Origin: Callorhinchus milii
Taxonomy: Eukaryota
NCBI RefSeq assembly: GCF_018977255.1
Contig: NW_024704742.1
Span: 55,182,001-55,246,000 of the forward strand
Direction of reading: 5' to 3'
Length of the DNA stretch: 64,000 nucleotides
Position numbers and translations under genes: made by a program. The notes under the pieces were generated by a model. The model saw nothing but the letters and a program-made list of their open reading frames with translations. It was not told where the DNA came from and searched no databases. Below, piece by piece: positions 13,600 to 26,334 of this stretch (within the stretch, counting starts at the first letter, position 1; the number at the start of each line of letters is the position of its first letter).

Positions 13600-14900
13600 T
13601 TCCACTTCTGCAGAAAAAAAATGTCCCGTCGCTTTTCCTTGGCAGGTTTGGCATCTGCCCCCAACAACATGGGGGCATTCACCCTGCGGTCGTCTCGCCC
13701 ACATAAAAACGTCTGCAGCAACAACTACAACAAATAGCAGAAACCTGCTCCAGCAATGCCGACCTGAAGCCGGACTCCAAACCCCCAGTTACACCAGCAA
13801 TAAAAACACCAGCAAAACACCCCAACTAGTGATAGCAACACCTCGGGACAGGGAGGAACAGCCCCGCACACCAGGTCCATCCTCATCAAACACAGCGGGA
13901 CAAACCTCCTCTCACCGCAAAGTCAAGCCATCCATCTCTTCAGATCGATGCTCCCACAGAGCGCAACGGAATCTATCCCCATCCGCCACCACACCTCCCC
14001 CCCCCCCCCCCCCCCCCCCCCACACACACACACCTCCCCCACCCCCCCACACACACACACACACACCTCCCACACACACACACACCTCCCCACACACACA
14101 CCTCCCCACACACACACACACCTCCCCACATACACCCCCCCCACACACACCCCCCCCCCCCACACACACACCCACACCCCCCCACACACACACAGCTCCC
14201 CACCCCCCCCCACACATACACCTCCCCACCCCCCCACACACACACCCACACACACAAACCTACACACACACACACCCCAACCCCCCCACACACCTCCCCC
14301 CCCCCCCCACACACACACCTCCCCACACACACACACACCTCCCCACACACACACACACCTCCCCACACACACCCCCCCACACACACCCCCCCCCCCCACA
14401 CACACACCCACACCCCCCACACACACACAGCTCCCCACCCCCCCCCACACATACACCTCCCCACCCCCCCACACACACACCCACACACACAAACCTACAC
14501 ACACACACACCCCAACCCCCCACACACCTCCCCCCCCCACACACACCCCCCCCCCCCCCCCACAGTAAACTTAAACCAGGACTTTAACGTTAACCTCTTG
14601 TGTTTGGAATGACCGCAGTTTTCCGCGAACCACAGGTACAATAAAGGAGAAAACCCGAACCATTCGGAGCGGATCCCGAGGAGAGATATACCATATGGAC
14701 AAAACAACCAGTAACTGTAGTCAGTTTGTTGGTTGGTTCTCCTCCCACTGAGACGGTGCAATGAGCTGCTCCATGTGACTTACACCGCTCACAGCGAGTG
14801 ATTAAGCCTCTCCTCACCTGGAGCTCCCACACCTGGGGGGGGGGGGGGGGGGGCAGGAGAGGCCACCAGTGCAGCCCGGGAACTGCAGTCCTCACCTGAG
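13600..14900 (-). promoter_or_regulatory. Moderately CpG-enriched region with minus-strand splice donors; candidate promoter/non-coding first exons of a leftward gene (MTUS1 by synteny)
   Basis: Minus-strand donors GCG|GTGAGA (exon edge 13916), CAG|GTGAGG (14818, 14896); raised CpG and flanking G-rich repeats. Gene identity rests on vertebrate gene order only; no coding exon seen. Confidence 0.35.
13988..14563. repeat. C/CA-rich low-complexity array with a ~235-bp internal tandem duplication
   Basis: Poly-C and (CA)n blocks; marker words CAGCTCCCC (14193, 14428) and AAACCTAC (14256, 14491) recur at a 235-bp period. Confidence 0.92.
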
Positions 14901-14948
14901 ATCTCCTTTAACACAACACTTACAACGCCACTACAACACCCACCCACA

Positions 14949-15482
14949 CCCTGCCTTACCCCTGCCCTGCCTTACCCTTGCCCTGCCCTGCTCCTACCCT
15001 GCCCTTCCCTTGCTCTGCCCCTGCCCTGCCCTTGCTCTGCCCCTGCTCTGCCCCTGCCCTTCCCTTGCTCTGCCCCTGCCCTGCCCTTGCTCTGCCCCTG
15101 CCCTTCCCTTGCTCTGCCCCTGCCCTACCCCTGCTCTGCCCTGCCCCTGCCCTTCCCTTGCTCTGCCCTGCCCCTGCCCTTGCTCTGCCCCTGCCCTTGC
15201 TCTGCCCCTGCCCTTGCTCTGCCCCTGCCCTTGCTCTGCCCCTCCCTTGCTCTGCCCCTGCCCTTGCTCTGCCCCTGCCCTTGCTCTGCCCTTGCTCTGC
15301 CCTGCCCTTGCTCTGCCCCTGCCCTTGCTCTGCCCCTGCCCTTGCTCTGCCCCTGCCCTTGCTCTTCCCTTGCCCTGTCCCTGCCCCTCCCTTGCTCTGC
15401 CCTGCCCTTGCTCTGCCCCTGCCCTTGCTCTGCCCCTGCCCTGCCCTTGCTCTGCCCCTGCCCTGCCCTTGCTCTGCCCTGC
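14949..15482. repeat. Minisatellite, ~17-bp unit TGCTCTGCCCCTGCCCT with CCCTG pentamer variants
   Basis: Direct reading; about 530 bp of near-perfect units. Confidence 0.95.
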
Positions 15483-16949
15483 AGCCCCGCATTGAGCAAA
15501 GTCAAGTCTCCTGCATTGCAAATGGCACTTTATAAACTCTGTGTTCAGAACCGGCTGCTTCACAATATTCACTTAAAAGAAATCTTTGGGATCGAAACGC
15601 CACATTGGACAGCTATCCTGCAGCAGATGTATTTAAATGGACGGACTGGGGAAGGGCAGACTCGTGTTTTACACACAGTTGCACTGTGCGACACAAAATG
15701 CTGACGAAGCTGAACCCAGTAAACATTTCATACCGCAGTTTGTTTAAATTCAAATAACTGTAGTGTTGTCATTTAGGAATACGATGTTTACTCAAGGACA
15801 TATTGGGGTACACTGGACGCATGTTGGGAAGTTTAATTAACACATCCGCTTATTTGCTAATTGACAAGTTTCTATTGAGAGAATTGCTGATCTGTTGCTA
15901 ACCTAATGCTGATGTTTAACTTGTTAACTGGTCTCAGATGTGTTGAGGCTGACAGGGTAAGTGGGAGACCGGTTTTACTCTGATTTGTTGTCAGTTAAAG
16001 TGGTTTCCCACAAACCGAAAGCCCAACCAAAGCAGCCAGTTTCTGCAATGCAAACAGTGTCTGCGGAATCCATCTCTGGCACACCCACAATCTAGTGGAT
16101 GTGTTACATACCATAAGGTCACGAAGAGCTCCGAAATGCTGCCCTTCATGAGGAGCAATGGATGAATGAAAGTTGCTATAAATTGGAATGTGTTGATCAG
16201 TGCAGAGGTGTCAAAATCTGCCATGAAAAGCTGTGTGGGGGACTTGCACCAGCAAAAACACCATGGGCTGAATGGCTCTCTTCTGTACTGTAATGGTCTT
16301 ATGATTTTATTAAACCACAATTTAAAGATCAAAAATCTAAATATACTGATGCTGTGAATGCTCTACACTCCAGGGAACTACACTGTAATTCAGGATACCT
16401 CTAAATGTTTTCATAGCAATGGTCTTCCTTGTTTAACTTGTGTAAACTGCAGCTCATGGCACCGGCTAAATGCTGACCCTGAACCCAAGCACCTGCGATT
16501 TTGCCCGTGCTATTGGGATCGTGCCGACCTGAGTCAGACACTTTATTTCCCTTCAATTATCCAATGCACAATTCATTCCACAATCTATAAGGTACTGTTT
16601 TAAAATAAATCCAAAGGAACAAACACGTGTTCAAAATTACATAGGAGTAAATGTTATTGAGTTAACTACAGATTATGTCACAACAGTTTCTCCACAGATT
16701 TTCAGGGTAATTCAGTGGTTCAGCACCGACCAACCTGTTGTTTCATGAAGCATATCACAGTGCAATAACTGAACTAATCAGTGGATTTGTCTGTAAATGC
16801 ACTGTCTCATGTGGAAATGAGATGTATAGATCTCAGATATGATCTCGGGTTGTATTGAATTATCTTAAATGGGGCTGTGGTTAAAGTTTCAATTTCTCAT
16901 CCATCTATCTGGGAACCCACTTTCTGATTCAAATCTTGTCATCACTTCC

Positions 16950-17970
16950 ACTTTGTTTCCTCCAAAGGCTTCTTTCACTGTTGCACAGTAAACTTCATTG
17001 CTCTATCCTTGGTCCCATTTTCTTCCTCATCTATATGCAGTCCATTCGTGACATCATCTGCAGACATGAGGTTAGTTTCCACATGTAATCCAATAACACC
17101 CAATAACATCTCTTCTATTCTTAATTCCAGGTCCACTGATGTTCTGTACAATTGCCTGCTAGATCAAGTCTTGAATGACCCTCAACTATTTTAGTTTTAC
17201 ATGGACACAATGGAAGCCATCCTCCTCAGCTCCAGCTAACATATCCGGCTCTGACTTCCTCAACTTTCTCAGTCACTCTGTCCAACTCACTAAACCAGTG
17301 TGCAACCTTAGCATTCAGTTCACGCTCTACTTTCTTTCCTCCTTCACCCCAGTTCCTGACCAAGACTGCTTTTTTGCATCTTTGCCACATTGCCTGCCTC
17401 CATCCCTATCTCTGGCCAACGCTTCTGAAATCCTCATTCGTACCTTCAAAATCTCCAGACATATCTTTTCAAAACCCTCTTCACTAGCCTCCCCATCTCC
17501 AACATCCACAAGCTCCAGCTCATTGAAACCTCCACCACCACATCCTTACCCACACAAGATGTTGTATGCCATCACCCCTCACCTCACCTGATTTCATTGT
17601 CTCCCATTGTATCGTCTTCAAGATCCTCACTCTCATCCACAGATCCCTTCATAGAATCACACTTCCCTACCTCTGTTATCTTTTCCAACCGCACCCCCTT
17701 GCTTACCCCCTCTACTTGGCAGTTTCAGCCTGCTGCATGTTCCCAGCCTACCATTTCAGTCACTACTCTCCCACCCTCTGGACCTCCCACCTTGATCCTC
17801 TCCATTGCACCCCCTCTCTACCTGCCTGCAAAAGCCATCTAAAAACCTATGTCATTGAGCATGCCTATGGTCACCTGCATCCTTCATCCTACTCAATGTC
17901 TGGCATTATTTCTGTAAAGCTCCGTAAAGACATTATTTCACATAAAGGGTTCTGTACAAATTACAATTGG
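16950..17970 (+). mobile_element. Highly decayed L2 fragment
   Basis: C-rich + strand collinear with the other L2 copies (ASEILIRTFKIS, FKILTLIHRSLH, PTLWTS, KSHLKTY). Confidence 0.7.
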
Positions 17971-20900
17971 CCTGAAAACCCCTCCCCTGTGCATGAATTT
18001 GATTAATTAGCTAGAGTTCCTATTCCTGATCATTATTCAATGACTTCCTTCTACAATGTGCAAGTATATGAACATGGAACAAAATCAGATTCACGTTAGT
18101 CAGTGATGCACCAACACCCCCCCACCCCCATATTGTGCCCATTAGTCCAATGCTTTATTGGCACTCAATAGAGGTGGGGGCTCACACAGAAAGGTGAGCA
18201 CTTGATATGAGTTAGATTATACTGTGGTGTTTGGAAAGATTTGTTTCAAGGAATAAATGTCAGTATATAAATTATATTTATGTAGTTTTATTACATCGAT
18301 AATTTTAAATTATTCCAAGCTATAGAGAACTTAAAAAATCCTAGATTCTGTTCTCTATGCAATTCTTGACTTTCTAAATTAAATAATACTTGGATTTAAT
18401 AATAAATAATAATTGCATTTGAAATAGCACCTTTCACATCAGGAAGATATCCCAAAACGCTTCATTATAAAGTGCAGTGACTGCACATTTTTTTAGTGAA
18501 CGCAACAGTCAATTTGTGCACAGCAATGTCCCACACACAGCTATGAAGTGAGTGACCAATTTTATTTGAGGGATTATTGTCCAGGATTTATTGTGGGTTT
18601 AATAATTTTATTTTGGGGATGTACTGCAGATATAACTTGTTTCCTACCAATAATAACACTCCAGAAATTATGTGACAATTGATGAATAACATATATGCAA
18701 GCAGATTATCAGTGACATGAAGATCACTTTCAAATGCAGCTCCCATGTCTTGCCATTGTTTGCTTGCAGCCTTGTCAGTCTCCTGTTTCAGTAGTTTATT
18801 GTCTTGCACAGCAATGTTCTGGGCACTGATCCAGTCGATACAGTATACCTGGTGTCTAGTAACAGGATGCTCTGATAAACAAAGCTAAAATATTACCATC
18901 ACTTGAATTGAAAAGCACAGTCATTATAGCACAATCAATACATTGTCTTCTGTCAGCCTCCTTTTTAATAATATATTAGCCCACGATACAAAAAAATAAC
19001 ATTTATGATTCTTCTCAAACCAAAGCTGGTAAGTGCAAAAATGTACATTAATTTACAAAAGGTCAAAGTCTCTCCACAAACAGATATGCCAGGATTTGTT
19101 CTTGTGACACATTAACAACTTCAACAGTACTTCAGGACAGCAGCAGTAAAGCTAAGAATGTACCATAACATGTCAGGGGAGGGGGAGACTTTTCTAGGTC
19201 TAGATTTATTTTACATAAATGTAGCATTCCAGAGCATCCAACGTTTGACTACTATTTAAATACAGTTTTAAATCTGAAGCTTTAATTTTTCTGTAGGTTT
19301 CTTTTAAGAACAGAGAAAAATGACTTCAAAGTTAATTCAGAATTCAACAGCTTGCCAAATTTTGTGCGTTCTTAAATACTGTGCAAATAGAGTAAATCCT
19401 GACCCAGGTGGAATTTCTCTCTGATAAGAGGCAGGAATCCATCCATTCAATCATTTACTAAGCAGAACAAACAATATCTCTATGACCCCATATGAACAAT
19501 TTGTCCACTAGATTTTGTATTTTTTTTATTTTTATGAATGATTAACACCAGCTGTTATATTAGTATTAAGCATGAATGCTTTAACAGGTCACATTCAATG
19601 ATTCATTGTTTTTGCTGTGGTATTCTTTTGAATACTTGTACACGGGGAGAAAGCTTCTCATCTTTAACTTGAGATGAATTTATTTTCTCTCTAGGTCTTT
19701 GTTCAAAGTTTAAGTCAAGTAATGTGAGTACATTAACATTTTGTTAAACATTTATAAAGATGTCAAACTTTTTTCCAATAAAAACAAATTCAGATACATG
19801 AGTCTGTATTTAGACTTCAAGAGTCATAAATCTTGAAATTATTTTATTGCCCTTAATGACCTCTGACATGATCACAAAATATATGGCCCAGCAACAAGAA
19901 AATCGAAAGACACATAAGGTTATGAAGAATCTAACTAAAATGTAGGTGAATACAAATATTAGAGTCAACAACCAGATTCACAGTAATGACAGTAATTTCC
20001 GTACTGTGGTATGACACCAAATCAAGAATAACAAGAAAACTACTGTGAAAGACCACTGACAGGATAGCAAAAACAGGTACTGATATACACATGCCACAAA
20101 TGAGTAGATCAGGTGACACAGCCCACTGTACATTGCTCTTACATGTCTTAAGTTATGCTAAAATTTTGTCTTGATTTATGGGAAGAATATGTCGATTGTA
20201 AGGTTAATTTAGGGTTACCTCAACCCAGCTCCTCGATAAACAAGCTGAAACCCATTACAATTAGCAATGTTTGACAAAGCAGTTATAAGGAATGCCATGT
20301 GAGAAATGTAAATATTTACCCTGATACAATGGGGAACATTATTGGGAAATGAATATCAGAATTCTTTAGTACAAAACCAAAATGAGAGCATGAAGTTTCA
20401 TCTCCTACTCCACTCAGTTTCCAATCTGAGCAACAAAGCAGAGATTCACAAGGCTTTCCTGTGGGGACAAGGAAAATCGAATAGGGTATTTTCCGAGGCT
20501 ACTGTGTGCCTCCTGAAGAGCATCAGGGGTAATAGTCTTGGGTATGGCATATTGATTTTACAATTGGAAAGACATTCAGGAACATTTCTTATATAAAGGC
20601 ATATACACAATGATGTTCTTCTTGGATAGTAACTATACTTACAAGAGTGGCTTGAATGAAGAAGGACAGATGGTCCACATGACCTCATCCCCAGAATACC
20701 AACATTGCCGTCTTCTCATAAAAGCACTGGACTGTTGTAATGAAACCATAAGGTTCAGCACACATTGCAAATGTTGTAGAACATTATTTCAAATTGAATT
20801 AATTAGCACCATCAAAGTCACCTTTGCCATGAATATAATGACATAAAGACCCAGAGAGTAAATGTGTGTAATCTACTTCAGAAGACTTCAGAAACGAAAT

Positions 20901-21555
20901 CATCTGAGCACCGGCCCACCTTATACATGTTTCATTGTCTTATAATAATCCTTGCATTTGATATAGTGCCTTATCACATCTTCGAGACGTCTACTAGAGC
21001 TTCACAGAATATACTGTAAATTGAATTGATTGTATATTTTGTGGGTGAAAGGTCTCGCTATTTAAATGAAATACACTAAGTAGTTTTTGTGCTGCAACGT
21101 TGTATGACTATATGATTCTGAGAAAAGTAACATTGTATGAAGAATGTTCAGCTAAAAATAGAAAATAAAAGTAAATAGTAATCAACATTTAACTCAAGTG
21201 CCAAAGTATACAAAACAATATAAGTGCAAACAAGGAATTGGTACATAAAGATCAAAAGACATATGTATTTTGGTTAGTGTTGCTCACAAGATCACAAGAG
21301 AGGTTCAGATGAAGAGCCCATTTGATCTTATCATTCCAGAACACCCACTTTACTGTTCTTCTGTTCTAACATTAAGCCATTTCTTTGCATAGAAGAATTA
21401 GCGTGTATACCACCAAAACAGGCCATTTAACCCAACTAGTTTTAGCCGGTGTTCTTAATATAGAATTAGGTGTTCCTTATTCACATGAGCCTTCATCCTT
21501 CTTAATCCCCTCTTCCTATTTCCCTCAAATATCTCTCTATTCCCTTCTTTTGAAT

Positions 21556-21786
21556 GAATAATAATAATAATCCTTGCATTTAATAAAGCACTTTTCACAT
21601 CTTCTCAATGTTTCAAAGCGCTTCACAGAATAGACTGTAAAGTGAATTGACCGTATATTTGTGGGCAAAACGCGGCAGTCAATTATGCACAGCAGTGTTG
21701 TACAAACAGTCGTGGATTGAAAATGACCAATTCATTATTGTTTTGTTTTGGAGGGATTTTTAATAGGTGTGTGGAGTAAGGAAAGC
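21556..21786 (-). mobile_element. SINE 3' half (short variant like 40912-41243), just before the CR1
   Basis: (AAT)n tail, aaatgaccaattcattattgttttgttttggagggat, tgtggagtaaggaaa. Confidence 0.8.
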
Positions 21787-21835
21787 ACAAATGGGTTGAT
21801 GGACAGGTGGATGGTCCAATGGGAACATTAGAGGA

Positions 21836-24800
21836 GCGTGTAGCAAAGGTAATACAGTAATAGTGGGTGATTTCAATCTTCACATAGATTGGGAAAATCA
21901 AATCGGCAAAAGTAGGGTAGAGGAGGAGTTTATAGAATGTATGAGAGATAGCTTTCTGGAGCAGTATGCTGAGGAACCAACTAGGGGACAGACCATCCTA
22001 GACCTTGTTTTGTGTAACGAAACAGGGCCAGTCGATAATATAAATTTTAAGGCTCCTCTAGGGCAGAGTGATCATAACATGATAGAATTTAGTATTAAGT
22101 TAGAGAGCAATGTAGTCAAATCCAAAGCAAGGATCTTAAATTTAAATAAAGCTAATTTTGCAGGTATGAGGGAAGAATCAGCTAAAATAGACTGGGGAAT
22201 TAGATTAATGGATATGACAATAGATCAACAGTGGCAAACGTTTAAAGATGTAGTGCAAAATTCTCAGCGGTCACATATTCCCTTGAGGAATAAGAGTACC
22301 ACAGGGAAAGCAGTTCATTCGTGGCTAACTAGAGCAGTTAGAGAAAGTATAATACTAAAAGAAAACGCCTATAAAACTGCCAAAAAGAGTAGCAAACCTG
22401 AGGACTGGGAGTGTTTTAGGGATCAACAAAGGAAAACCAAAAAGCTCATTAAGAGTGAGAAAATGGATTATGAGGGCAAGCTAGCTAGGAACATTAAGAC
22501 AGATTGTAAGAGTTTTCATAAATACATTAAGAGGAATAGGCTAGCAAAAGTAAATGTGGGTCCATTACAGGCAGAGGCAGGAGGAATTATAATGGGGGAT
22601 AAGGATATGGCAGAGTCCCTAAATAAATACTTTGCTTCTGTCTTCACGTTAGAAGACACAAGAAGTTTACCAGAAATAGAGATGAACCAAGGGGCTAATG
22701 ATAGGGAGCAACTTAGGGAAATTTACATTAGCAAAGAATTGGTGCTAGGGAAATTGTTGGCATTAAAAAGTGACAAGTCCCCTGGACCTGATGGTTTGCA
22801 TCCTAGGGTTTTAAAAGAGGTAGCTCATGAGATAGTGGAGGCCTTGGGTCTGATCTTCCAAAATTCTTTGGATTCTGGAACGGTTCCCATTGATTGGAAG
22901 ATTGCAAACGTCACACCACTATTTAAGAAGGGTGGGAAAGAAAAGATGAGGAACTGTAGACCAGTTAGTCTGACATCGGTGGTAGGGGAAATTCAAGAAT
23001 CCTTAATTAAGGATGTCGTAGTGGGATACTTAGAGGATCACAATATGATTAGACAGAGTCAACATGGCTTTACAAAAGGGAAGTCATGCTTAACAAATCT
23101 TTTAGATTTTTTTGAGGACATATCAAGTAGATTAGATAGGGGGAATCAGTGGATGTAATGTATTTAGATTTCCAAAAGGCATTCGATAAGATGCCGCATA
23201 AAAGGTTGATTCACAAGATTAGGGCCCATGGAATTAAGGGGAATATATTAGCATGGATTGAAGAATGGCTAATGGGAAGAAAACAAAGAGTAGGGATAAA
23301 CGGGTCCTTCTCAGATTGGCGGGATGCGACTAGTGGAGTGCCACAAGGATCAGTGCTTGGGCCTCAACTATTTACAATCTACATCAACGATCTAGATGAG
23401 GGCATCGAACTTAATATATCCAAATTCATGGATGACACTAAACTTGGAGGGAGAGTAAACACCGAGGATGACAGTAAAAAAATGCAACGAGATATAGATA
23501 GGCCAGGTGAGTGGGCAAATAGGTGGCAGATGAAGTATAATGTAGGGAAGTGTGAGGTCATCCACTTAGGTGGCAAAAACAGTAGAGCAGATTATTTTTT
23601 AGAAGGAGAGAGACTAGATAGTGTTAGAGTTCAGAGGGACTTGGATGTCCTTGTACACCGGTCACAAAAAGTTAGTTTGCAGGTACAGCAAGTAGTTAGG
23701 AAGGCTAACGGTATGTTGGCATTTGTTACAAAAGGGTTAGAATACAAGAGTAGGGAAGTCTTGTTGTAACTGTATAGGGCCCTGGTGAGACCGCACCTAG
23801 AGTATTGTGTGCAGTTTTGGTCTCCTTATTTAAGAAAGGATGTACTCGCCTTGGAGGGGGTACAACGTAGATTCAATAGGTTAATACCAGGGATGAGGAG
23901 ATGAGTTATGAGGATAGGTTGAGCAATTTAGGCCTATATTCTTTAGAATATAGAAGAATGAGAGGTGATCTTATAGAAACCTATAAGATTATTAAGGGGC
24001 ACAACAGAATAGATAGTGGGAGACTTTTTTCCCTATTTGGAGAAACTAATAACCAGGGGTCACAGTCTTAAAATTAGGGGTAAGCCCTTCGCACTGAGTT
24101 GAGGAAAAACTTTTTCACTCAGAGGGTAGTGAATTTATGGAATTCTCTACCCCAAAACAACAACAACAACAACAAGATTCCATTTATTGAGCGCCTTTCA
24201 CGTCGGGAGGACGTCCCAAGGCGCTGTACAGTTGGGTCAGGACCCGAGCAAGGGGGAAATGGTCAGGGTAAGGGGAGGGAAGGGAGGGAGCGAGGAGGGG
24301 GTAGAGAGTCGAGAGGGAAGCTGAAGGCTCGGTCAAAGAGAAAGGTCTTGAGACCGGCCTTGAAGGAGGAAAGGGAGGAAGCGGCGAAGGCACTGAGGGA
24401 TAGAGTTCCAGAGCCTCGGGGCTGAGAGGCTGAAGGCCCGTCCACCGATGGTAGGACAGTTGGGGCAGGGGATGTGCAGCAGACCGAAGCCAGAGGAACG
24501 GAGGGTACGGGCAGGTAGGTAGGGGGATAGTAGGTCGGAGAGGTAGGAGGCAGCAAGGCCGTGAATGGCCTTGTAGGTGGGGATGAGGATCTTGAATTTG
24601 ATCCTCTGGGGGATGGGGAGGCAGTGGAGGCGAGCGAAGGTGGGAGTGATGTGGTCCCGAAGCCTGGTGCGGGTCAGTACACGAGCTACAGAGTTCGGTT
24701 GTAGATGCTCAGTCCTTGAACATATTCAAGACTGAGATTGATAGATTTCTTGTGGATGAAGGGATATGGGGATAAGGCGGGTAGGTGGAATTAGAATAGA

Positions 24801-24882
24801 TCAGCCATGATCTTATTGAATGGCAGGGCAGGCTAGAGGGTCCGAATGGCCTACTCCTGCTCCTAATTCTTATGTTCTTATG
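21836..24882 (+). mobile_element. CR1-clade LINE (shark HER1-like), 5'-truncated in the endonuclease domain, ORF2 disrupted, interrupted by an L2 at 24157-24696
   Basis: ORFs 21863-23158 and 23149-23769 carry GDFN, SDHNMIEF, KSPGPDG, QHGF, YLDFQKAFDKMPH, GVPQGSVLGP and FMDDTK; frameshift ~23150 and stop at 23767; 3' end ...GAATGGCCTACTCCTGCTCCTAA(TTCTTATG)2. Confidence 0.95.
24157..24696 (-). mobile_element. L2-clade LINE 3' fragment nested in the CR1
   Basis: (CAA)n tail at ~24157-24176, stem-loop ACGTC-CTCCC-GACGT, and L2 ORF2 C-terminal coding remnants (LKTFLFDRAF) on the minus strand; CR1 sequence resumes at 24697. Confidence 0.9.
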
Positions 24883-24894
24883 CACTCACTGTAG

Positions 24895-25256
24895 TCATTA
24901 AAAGTTGCAAAACGTTGCACTTTTCGGGCTGCAGTTTTCTTCCAGCCTTAAATTTAGTCTAGGCTCACACTCCATTGCAGTGTTGGAGGTGTGCTGTCCT
25001 CTGGATGAGATGTTAAAGTGAGGAACTATGGAACTATTTGAAAAGGAAATTGAATTTTCCCACTGTCTTAACCAACAATCCCCCAGATAATATTGGTCAT
25101 TCACTTCATGGCTGTTTGTGGATCATTGTGGTGGGAAAAAAATGACTGCCACTTTGTCCACAAAATACACAATAACTGTAATTACAATAAATTCTGTGAA
25201 ATACTTTGAGACATCTCCCTGGCATGAAAAGTGCTTTTTCAAATGTAAGGATTATT
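24895..25256 (+). mobile_element. Deu-domain SINE (decayed)
   Basis: ttggaggtgtgctgtcctctggatgagatgttaaa core; tail aaatgtaaggattatt. Confidence 0.65.
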
Positions 25257-26334
25257 TATTTTCTCTCTTATGTTTATTCAATCCTTGCAGTCTATTTAAG
25301 AAATTAAGAAGTACTGTAAGTGGTTTTCAAGGGAACTTGTTTTACACTGCAATCCTGCTGATGGCTAGTCTGTATGATAATTCATCCTTTGATGTAGGTC
25401 AGATTGTGTTGGGTGATTCAGAATGAGATAAAGCTCTCATCCCTAATAAAGACCTAGACCCAAATATAATTCCAAAACAATATTTTTCTATTTCTATAAT
25501 AGATTCTATTGAAATTCTAATTATATTGCAAGCTATTGTCAGTCATCTTTCCCTTCAAGACTCTTATATATGTATGGCACCTGCGCTTTCATTAAATATA
25601 AATTGGGGCAAGATGGGGGAAATGGGAATGACTGAGGGGTGATCTCTAGTATAGCAAAGCCTATTATTTTTGAATCAATGATAATCTTTGATAGTCACAT
25701 ACCATATTTTCCAAACAGTTCATTCAAACTAGACAAATTGTGCAGATGACAACGCTATTCTGAAGTCAACAATCTGCTCCTGCTGTATAGTTAGTTCCTC
25801 CCCTCAAAAAGATGTTCATTGACAGAGGTAAAGTAAGCATTTATAGTCTATTATCTTATCAATTTATCTTATCATTGTTGTTAGCTTCATTAAATTTGTA
25901 ATTGATAAGGGCCCCAGAATAAGGAAGCTTATGGTTCACAATTATGTTTTGCAGTCATTTAGGGGTTAAAATGCTGACCTGGCATAACTGAGTGATTTTC
26001 CTTGTTCTCCCTTGGTCTCTTTTGAAGGCTGAAAAGTCATTCCCCATATCTCACCCTCCAGCAATAGGGATCAGCCTTGTTGCTATCTCTGGAGCCAAGG
26101 CTGCCCTCTGATGTTGTGATGACCAGAGCTCCATGCAGCACTGTACATCTTGAGATTCATCTCGTGGTTAAAGCCACAATGACAAACATAGTTTACTTTT
26201 CTAGATTAATTTGAAATAAAACTCAACCTTAATAAATACTGTATTAGTTAAATAAGAAAAGACATAAAGCCCAAAATACCACCAAACCCCAGCCTGTTCA
26301 CCAAATTTAGCTTAAACTTTAAGACTGTGCACAA

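Noticed and set aside
13436..14587. 383-aa Pro/His/Thr-rich ORF and overlapping Gly/Val/Cys-rich antisense ORFs
   Set aside because: They are translations of the poly-C/(CA)n array; open in several frames simply because the repeat lacks stop codons
14869..15704. Pro/Cys/Leu-rich and Gly/Arg/Gln-rich ORFs resembling keratin-associated or RGG proteins
   Set aside because: All six frames are open over a 17-bp minisatellite; the unit is not a multiple of three and there is no codon signal
21863..23769. Active or domesticated reverse transcriptase gene
   Set aside because: 5'-truncated within the endonuclease domain, frameshifted (~23150), premature stop (23767) and interrupted by an L2; an ordinary dead CR1 copy
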